Shown piece after piece: positions 56,635-64,000 of a DNA stretch of 64,000 nucleotides (the first letter of the stretch is position 1; each line of letters starts with the position of its first letter). Below the pieces are notes generated by a model. The model was not told the origin of the DNA and did not search any database. It saw only the letters and a program-made list of their open reading frames with translations. The DNA is from Ignavibacteriota bacterium (GTDB taxonomy: Bacteria > Bacteroidota > Ignavibacteria > UBA10030 > UBA6906). The translations under genes and the position numbers were made by a program. Location: contig CAWDEM010000008.1 of NCBI GenBank assembly GCA_963801355.1, forward strand, positions 288,001-352,000, given 5' to 3'.

Positions 56635-57864
56635 GTGGACTTTGACATGACACAAAAGGACTGGTATCACACGAACGCATATGACAACGGCGAGAACTCG
56701 ATTCGGCGTCGTACATCCCATGTTGTCAGGACGGTATTCTTTTACATTGGGTGTCTAGCAAAGCTCGCTTCAAAGATCGGGGGAAAGCGAAGACAAACGA
56801 TGCTCCTGGTGCGTCTGGACTCACTGGGTGACCTTGCTCTTTTTGCGCCGGCGCTAAGAAGGATACGAAGCCAGTTTCCAGAGAAGAAACTCATACTTGT
56901 TGCACAGAAGCACATCGCCGGGTTAGCAGGAACCTGCCCCTACGTGGACGGAGTGATCCCGGTTGATGTTCACCGATACCGAGTGAATCCAGTATACGCA
57001 CTGTGCGTTCTGCACGAAGTGAGGTCATTGCGCTGCGAGACAAGTGTCAACTCGATGTACTCTCGCACGTTGGTGGGAGATGAGATCGTGATGTGGAGTT
57101 CTGCCCCTGATTCTGTCGGCTGGCTTGGTGAATGGGGGGATGTACATACTGATTTGAAGGGCCTTCATGATCGGCAATACACCAGGTTGATCCTCGATCA
57201 ATTTCCGCCCGATGTGCATGAGTATCATAGACATGGTGTCTTACTGCGCGCGCTTGGGTGTAGCGAAGATCAGGATCTTCGTCCTGAGCTATGGCAACTA
57301 CCAAACGCAGGAATCAAAGGTCTTTCGATAAGTCGAATGTTCGATTCAAACGATTTCGCGATCTTGGTGCCTGGTGCTGATTCCAAGATCCGGCGGTGGC
57401 CTTTTTCGTCCTATCTTGAGCTGGCGAAGAAGATTGGAGATAAATCCCCGGATTTGCAGATCATTCTACTGGGGACTGCCAGTGAGAGGGATCTCGATAG
57501 CAGTGACAACCCCTCGACATTTCCAACTAACATTCTGGATCTTAGGGGAAAGACAACGCTGCTGGATATCGCCTCCATAATTGAAAATGCTCGATTTGTT
57601 GCTGGAAATGAGACGGGTCCGATACATCTCGCTATCGCAATTGGCGTCCCAACCGTAGCGATTCTCGGCGGGGGCAAGTACGGGCGATTTCTACCGTACG
57701 GCGAGCCGACAAAACATAAGACCGTTACTAACTACCTTGGGTGTTATCACTGTGATTGGCGCTGTTCTCTTCGGGTCACTGAATGTATCATCGGTATTCC
57801 AGTCTCGAAGGTCTGGGAAGAGGTGCTACAAATCCTGGAACCTGCCGGGAAACCATGTGGGTGA
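56635..57864 (+). CDS. Glycosyltransferase family 9
   Basis: RLDSLGD, PGA...RRWP, DLRGKTTL, GNETGPIHLA, C-terminal CYHCDWRC....C. Confidence 0.85.
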   Translation: MDFDMTQKDWYHTNAYDNGENSIRRRTSHVVRTVFFYIGCLAKLASKIGGKRRQTMLLVRLDSLGDLALFAPALRRIRSQFPEKKLILVAQKHIAGLAGTCPYVDGVIPVDVHRYRVNPVYALCVLHEVRSLRCETSVNSMYSRTLVGDEIVMWSSAPDSVGWLGEWGDVHTDLKGLHDRQYTRLILDQFPPDVHEYHRHGVLLRALGCSEDQDLRPELWQLPNAGIKGLSISRMFDSNDFAILVPGADSKIRRWPFSSYLELAKKIGDKSPDLQIILLGTASERDLDSSDNPSTFPTNILDLRGKTTLLDIASIIENARFVAGNETGPIHLAIAIGVPTVAILGGGKYGRFLPYGEPTKHKTVTNYLGCYHCDWRCSLRVTECIIGIPVSKVWEEVLQILEPAGKPCG

Positions 57865-57956
57865 GGAATGCCATCTGAGATCGAAATGTCACTGAGGATA
57901 TGAAAGTGGACCAAGAGATAAATGCCGAACCGATAGATGATAAAGATGAATAACCA

Positions 57957-59204
57957 ATGAGATTCTTTTTCTTCATATACGTTATTGTTTATTCTTTCCT
58001 TCCAGTGGACTTGGACAGCATCCAAATCCTAACCCTGCAACCTGTGCGAATTTACTTAGGTGATCTTCTGCACGCGATGGCGATAATGATGGTGATCAAG
58101 GCTATACATTCTTGGAAGTCTCATTTGGCGTCATCATTTGAATGGCCGTACCTTCTTTTCCTTGGCTGGCTGCTAGTGGCTATACTATCGGGCATAGATC
58201 TCTACGGATATCGGGCCTTCGGGGAAACTCGGTCTGTGGTTCGCTTCTTCACATTTTTCTTCCCATATGCTCTGTTCGATGAATTTGAAGCGCAAGATCT
58301 GACGAAAGTAGTCGAAGCAGTTGACAAGATGATTCTTGTTTCTGCATGGACGGTGCTGATAATGCTATGTCTTGCTCCATTTCTTGGATTTGCTCAAGAA
58401 GATTTCCGTGGAGTGAGGTATCTAAATTCAAATCAGACGTTTTTTCTTGCCCTTGCCTTCTCATGGTTACTGCTCCGGAATCTCGACAAATTGGATACAA
58501 GTGTGAAATTAAAGGCAGCGGCCCTTTTCTTTCTGGCGGCTGGAATACTCTCCAAAAACCGCGCAGCCATTGCTTCGTTGGCTTCAGTCCTGCTATTGTA
58601 TCTCTTCTTCTCGGGTAGATTTCGCGTGATAATTGTATCGGCGTTGGTGCTTATTGGAGCCGGGATGGTTTTTGCATGGCTTGCACCCGGCACCGATGAA
58701 GAAGTCGCAGTGGCTTTGAGGGGAATACTCAGGCCGATCGATGATGACAACTTTCGTTGGCGCGTCATAGTCCAGTCCGCTGCAATTGAAGAAGGCATGG
58801 ACACGTTTTGGTGTGGCCAGAGTTACGGGAGTTACTTCAATTACATGGTATCCGATGGACAAAACGAGTACATTGAAGAGCTTCCGCCTCATAACCAATT
58901 TCTCTCTCTTTTTCTAAAGACTGGTGTAGTCGGGGTTCTGTTGGTCGTTGTTACCATGGTTTGGATTCTTTGGCAATCGCACAGAATGCTCAAGCTTGTC
59001 AAGGGGCCAACGTGGGTATCGGCGGCTATAACACTCACAATGCTTGCCACTGCTTCTCAGTTCTTCTATGGGTTGGCGTACGATTTCCAGGTCCTCTTCG
59101 GCATCTATCTTGGCTTTGGCACAATGATTATCCGCGTATTGCATCGACAAGCTCTGGAAACCTCGATGAAGCCGGCTCAATCACAAAGGGACCATCCTAA
59201 ATGA
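57957..59204 (+). CDS. O-antigen polymerase/ligase family membrane protein
   Basis: Many TM segments, SKNRAA, periplasmic loop, PHNQFL..LKTGVVG motif. Confidence 0.8.
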   Translation: MRFFFFIYVIVYSFLPVDLDSIQILTLQPVRIYLGDLLHAMAIMMVIKAIHSWKSHLASSFEWPYLLFLGWLLVAILSGIDLYGYRAFGETRSVVRFFTFFFPYALFDEFEAQDLTKVVEAVDKMILVSAWTVLIMLCLAPFLGFAQEDFRGVRYLNSNQTFFLALAFSWLLLRNLDKLDTSVKLKAAALFFLAAGILSKNRAAIASLASVLLLYLFFSGRFRVIIVSALVLIGAGMVFAWLAPGTDEEVAVALRGILRPIDDDNFRWRVIVQSAAIEEGMDTFWCGQSYGSYFNYMVSDGQNEYIEELPPHNQFLSLFLKTGVVGVLLVVVTMVWILWQSHRMLKLVKGPTWVSAAITLTMLATASQFFYGLAYDFQVLFGIYLGFGTMIIRVLHRQALETSMKPAQSQRDHPK

Positions 59205-59283
59205 AGTGAATGCAGCCCGAAATCATACAGATTTCCGACATTCATAGTCAACGGTTTCTTGGTCTGTTTACTTGCGAGAAACG

Positions 59284-60078
59284 ATGGAAACAATCGCAAA
59301 GCCTCGAATTTCGATAGTCACACCTTCGCTTGATCAAGGATCCTTCCTTGAGAAACGATTGGCAGCGTCCTCGATCAAGGATATGAAAATCTGGAGTATA
59401 TCGTGATCGACGGAGCTTCGACGGACAATTCGGTGGAGATGATCCGGAGATACGCGCATCATATTGCTTACTGGATGAGCGAATCGGACAAAGGCCAAAG
59501 CCCATGCGATCAACAAAGGTCTCCGCCGCATCACAGGAGACATTTGGGCCTTCCTCGCATCAGATGACACTTACGAACCGCAGACTCTCGCTGCAATTGC
59601 AAGGGTATTTGCAGACCCACTTGTCGATGTCGTATACGGGAACTGCCACTTCATCAACGCAAACGGAACCGTGACACGAACTAAGAAGCCCGGCAGCTTC
59701 GATCGGGAGCGACTGCTGAAAGGCAACTGCATCTACCAGCCATCGGTATTCTTGCGACGCAGGGTGCTTGAGGAATTCGGATATCTCGATGATTCGCTCA
59801 ACTACTCGATGGACTATGAGATACTGGGTACGAATCTCGGCTGGCGTCAAGGTTCACTACATAGATCAGGTACTTTCGAATTATAGACTTCATAGTCAGT
59901 CGAAATCAATGCATTCCACCATTCGCAGAGCGAAGAATCGCGACAAATCCAACACAAGTATGGGGTGGGATTGCCCGCGGACATCAAGCACTATTGGTTT
60001 TATATTGTTGGAAGCAGGCTCTATTTGCTGCGGCGACGCATCTTTGAGTACATTGCTTCGCGGACGGAAGGAAAGTGA
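59284..60078 (+). CDS. Glycosyltransferase family 2 (WcaE-like); several frameshifts
   Basis: PRISIVTPS..Q.YENLEYIVIDGASTDNS, SESDKGQ..AINKG, SDD, QPSVF, YSMDYE across frames. Confidence 0.8.
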
Positions 60079-60079
60079 A

Positions 60080-60835
60080 ATGCAGAAAAGTGTTTCTGGC
60101 CAGCCGTGAGTGGCAAGGTGGGCTTGGCGAAGAACTTGCCAGTGAATGGACGACCATGGCTCTTACGTCGATGCTTCTGAGTGCAGGTGCAGGGGTGTTG
60201 CGTGGATTCCTGGTATTATGGCGATTCAAGCACAAACGTGGGCTGGTGCTACTGAGGCACGGCGTAATAGGTGAAGTATCCCAGCCACCTTTCAGTTGGA
60301 AGGAATTTCATTGCCGAACAAGGCCGCGAGATCAACGCGCTGTCAAAGAGGGGAGTCTCTTTCGGCGACAGAACAACTGTCGGCGCATACGCGCTGATCC
60401 GACCCTCGAACCCATACGGCGGGACCGTAGGGGAGGGTCTGAAGGTTGGAAATAACTCAAAATCGGTCCTTTTTCTTACGTGGGGTGTTCAGGGTACATT
60501 GAAATTGGAGACAACGTTCGACGGGCCCGCGTGTTGGTCTATATGCCGAAAATCATGTGTTTGAAAGACTCGATATTCCGATGAAGAACCAAGGCGTGAC
60601 TGTCAAGTCCATCATCATAGGGGATGACTGTTGGATCGGAGCGAACAGCATCGTCCTCGCGGGAGTTGAGATAGGTCGGGGTTCAGTTGTCGCTGCGGGG
60701 AGCAGTGGGACTTAAGATGAACCACCATTCCGTCGCGGTGGGTCGCCGGGGCGTACCATGAAATTTCGAAAAGACGAGGATATCATCGAATTAAAGTCGG
60801 GCGACATTGATCACGACCCAATGCCGATTACGTAA
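60080..60835 (+). CDS. Hexapeptide-repeat O-acyltransferase; several frameshifts
   Basis: GEGLKVGNNS, GCSGYIEIGD, NQGV..IIIGDDCWIGANSIVLAGVEIGRGSVVAAG. Confidence 0.75.
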
Positions 60836-61997
60836 TGAGAGTACTTTGTCTCCATAGTGCGTCAGATCTTTATGGGTCGGGAAGGAGTTCTGCTCGAGTT
60901 GGCTATAGCATTGAAGAGTGCGGGCCACGAATGCATTGTGGTCCTGCCAGCCCAGGGACCTCTGGAGAAGGAACTCCATTCGCGAGGATTTCAAACGGTT
61001 CTGATGAACCTTGGAATCCTACGAAGGCAACATTTGTCCATGGGTGGGGTCTTTAGTCGAGTTGGGTTGATTCTTGGTTCGTCCGTCCGGTTGCTGTGGC
61101 TTGTTCGGAAGCTGCAAGTAGATCTGATTTTTTCCAACACTTTAGCTGTCCTTGAGGGGGCAGTTGTCGCTTTTGTGTCGAGACGTCCGCATCTCTGGCA
61201 CGTTCTTGAAATCATTGACGAACCGAAACTTCTGAGTAAGGGACTCGCGTGGATGCTTTCACATTTTGCGGATGTGGTTATTATGGCTTCTCGGGCAGTT
61301 GAACGGCACTGGTCTTCCGGCAACAAAATGATCAGATTGAAATCACATACGGTTCACTACGGAATTAAAGTTGAGGAGTCAGATGAGCCTGGACAAGAAC
61401 ACTGCTCGGAATCGTTTTGGTTTCGAGAGTGCGGTTGTCGTTGTAGGGATGGTCGGAAGAATACACTTCTGGAAAGGCCAGGGATATTTCTTGTCGATCG
61501 CACGAAATATTCACGACATCTATCCGGAAACCAGATTCTGCGTGGTCGGAGACGTTTTCCCTGGCTACGAATATCTTTACCGGGATCTCTTAGATCAGGT
61601 TGAGACTTTGGGCCTTGCCCATGTTGTCCAATTCCTGGGATACAGGAGCGACGTCACGAGTTTTATGAAGGCTATTGATATTCTTGTCGTCCCTTCCATC
61701 AGACCAGACCCACTGCCCACTGTTGTGCTTGAAGGTATGGGCGCAGGGCTTCCAATAGTTGGCACAAATCACGGTGGAATTCCGGAAATGATAGTCGACG
61801 GAGTTACAGGCGTCCTCATCCCTTGGGATGATCCAGTGGCTGCAAGTGAACGAATCAGCGCGCTCATCAGGGATTCAAGCCTCAGAGAGGAGTATGGTGC
61901 CGCCGGTCGAGAACGTGTCATGAAGGAATTCTCACGTGAGAAGTTTGCGAAGGAATTACTTGCCCACATCCGTGGAATAGGTGAACAGAGATCATGA
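60835..61997 (+). CDS. Glycosyltransferase family 4; frameshifts near 60880 and 61380
   Basis: LHSASDLYG, HLWHVLE, GMVGRIHFWKGQ, PDPLPTVVLEGMGAGLP..HGGIPE. Confidence 0.85.
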
Positions 61998-63090
61998 GAA
62001 TTGCGATCCTCGGCAGCCGAGGATATCCGTATGTATATAGTGGCTACGAAACGTTCGTATCCGAGCTGGCACCGAGACTTGGTCAGGCTTGGGAACGACG
62101 TTACAGTCTACTGTCACTCCAAGTTGTTCCGCGATAAGCCGAGAGAAGTGTCCGGTGTCCGTTTGGTCTACCTTCCAGCGATCGAACAGAAATCGCTTTC
62201 CCAATTCAGTCATAGCCTGCTTTCGGCTTTTCATGCTGCGCTCCACCGATTCGATATTGTTTTTTTTGTAAATTCTGCCAACGGCCCCTTTGGCATTATC
62301 ATGCGCATATTCGGCGTGCGCACGGTGATCAATGTAGATGGGCTCGAGTGGATGAGGCCAAAGTGGAAAGGGCTTGGTGCCAAGTATTTTTACTACGCTT
62401 CCTTGGCAGCGACTCGATTCTTCGACTGTTTGGTAACCGATTCGATTCGAATGGCGGAGATTTACAGAGACACCTTTGGAGCGTCGTCCGAAACCATCGC
62501 ATACGGGGCTGAGATACCAGCAGAGCCTCGATAGACGACTCCTCGCCAGATATGGACTGGACAATGGAGGCTACTATCTCGTTGTGGCACGGCTCGTACC
62601 GGACAATAACGCTGATTTGATCGTGAAAGGTTTCTTGGCTTCTTCGAGTCGGCGAAAGCTAGTTGTTGTTGGTGATGTGCCGTACAAGGACAAGTACGCC
62701 GATGAGGTGAAGGCCACTAAAGATCCACGTGTCTCTTTTCACTGGTTATGTTTACGACAAAGATCTACTTCGGGAGCTTTACTGCAATTGTTACGTGTAT
62801 ATCCATGGTCATGAGCACGGAGGAACTAACCCTACCCTCCTGAAAGCATTGGGAGACGGTTGCTGTATCCTCGCGCTTGACACGGTTTTTAGCCGAGAGG
62901 TGTTGTGCGACGAAAAGTACGGAAGACTCTTTTCGAAGAGTGTTGATGCCGTTGCCTCAATGATCGACGAGTTGGACAGCGATGCTCTCACGGTTGAGCG
63001 CTATAGATCCGGAGCTCAAGAACGGATCCGAACCAACTACACCTGGGAGAAAATAACAGCCCAGTACGTGAGTTTGTTTACATCGATTGA
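61994..63090 (+). CDS. Glycosyltransferase family 4 (DUF1972-type); frameshifted, end approximate
   Basis: MRIAILGSRGYPYVYSGYETF, INVDGLEWMRPKW, IAYGA, VARLVPDNN, YIHGHEHGGTNPTLL. Confidence 0.82.
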
Positions 63091-63226
63091 AGCCTGGTAT
63101 CAAGTAGACATAGTGGCGGCAGTCGCGGGTGGGGCTCAGTCTTGCATTTCTTCCCCCTTCTCCTTACCATGTACAAACTCCCGGGACGGTAGGGGAGACG
63201 CATCAGAATTTCCCGGATACTCCTTG

Positions 63227-64000
63227 ATGGATGGATTGAAAGCGTTGCTCCGCAGAAACTGGCGGATGATTATGGGTTTTTTCGCCATCGGAGTCGACGC
63301 CGGTATCATCGCACTATGCTTCAGAATTTCCCTCCTCTTTAACAATTCCACCGGCCAATTCGCAGATGTGATGACGCTCCACGGCAGAGTGATTGCCGTC
63401 AGCGCCGTGGTGTTCCTCGGGTTCTTTGTGGCCCTCGGTGTCTACCGCACAGCCGCTTATTCATCCTTCCGCCGCCAGGCATACGTGGCAGGCAAAGGAT
63501 ATGTCTATGGAGTCGCAATTGTGCTATGCACGGTTGTGATCTTCGAAGGATACCACGCATCACGGGATCTTTTGATGACGTTCTTTGTCTTGTTTCCGTT
63601 TGTGTACGTTTTGATGTGGTTTACGGTCAGGATCATCATGCGGGGATTGCGCACACGCGGTTACGGGCAATGGGACACCCTGGCAATCGGCCCCTGTACC
63701 GCACGTGGATACGCTTGTCCGCCGCCTCCGCCGTATGCCCGATCTGGGGTACAACGTGACGGCTAAGGTCGTCACACCCGGTCCCACTAACGGCGACCAC
63801 ATGCTCCATGTCGAACGGCAAGCCGTGGAACAGGTGCTTGACCGTCACCAGATCGAAATGATTGCGTTCTCATCCGCAGACCTGAATGGCTCCTTCGAGA
63901 TGCTGGAGTCCATCTGCGCAGAACGCCGCATCGGCATGCGCGTCATCAGTCCTGAAGCCGACACACTTTTTTCAAAGACCGGGTTGCATGACATTGCCGG
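63227..64000 (+). CDS. Polyprenyl glycosylphosphotransferase (priming sugar transferase), N-terminal part; runs off the window
   Basis: Four TM helices (VDAGII.., LGVYR, SRDLL) followed by a CoA-binding-like segment (TLAIG..LGYNV). Confidence 0.7.

Noticed and set aside
62729-63766. 345-aa GT4-sugar transferase fusion
   Set aside because: Joins the GT4 C-terminus to the priming transferase through a non-protein-like linker in an indel-rich region; probably two genes

Overview
Bacterial DNA, GC-rich in most of the window. It is most consistent with an Ignavibacteria-like member of the FCB group: two proteins carry NYPNPF-type C-terminal sorting domains, while Shine-Dalgarno sites and sigma70-type promoters are canonical, unlike Bacteroidia. 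There are five blocks. (1) 1-10263: end of a glycosyltransferase operon (GT2, GT4, GT9, WecB/TagA), translationally coupled to a ~1820-aa C25 (gingipain/PorU-like) peptidase with ILEI-like, CARDB-like and sorting domains. (2) 10392-16804: a stand-alone IS481-like HTH gene, GH97, an unknown secreted protein, DUF4870 and a D-cysteine desulfhydrase. (3) 16814-44532: a divergent polysaccharide-utilisation locus with no SusD. It encodes a GntR-LacI regulator, a non-SusC TonB receptor paired with a sorting-domain beta-helix protein, two SSS transporters plus a 48-aa membrane protein, an ExuT-like MFS, GH28, GH2 beta-glucuronidase, GH20, GH105, NagB-like and URO-D-like proteins, and three large unknown secreted proteins. 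(4) 44560-47702: a decayed island with an integrase remnant at the 3' end of tRNA-Ser(CGA). (5) 47819-64000: a surface-polysaccharide locus (two gmd, fcl, a GDP-mannose 3,5-epimerase-like gene behind a consensus sigma54 promoter, wzx, wzy-like, glycosyltransferases, acyltransferase, priming transferase). Many genes carry small indels that look like long-read assembly errors, so coordinates of those genes are approximate. All family calls come from motif recognition, not database searches.
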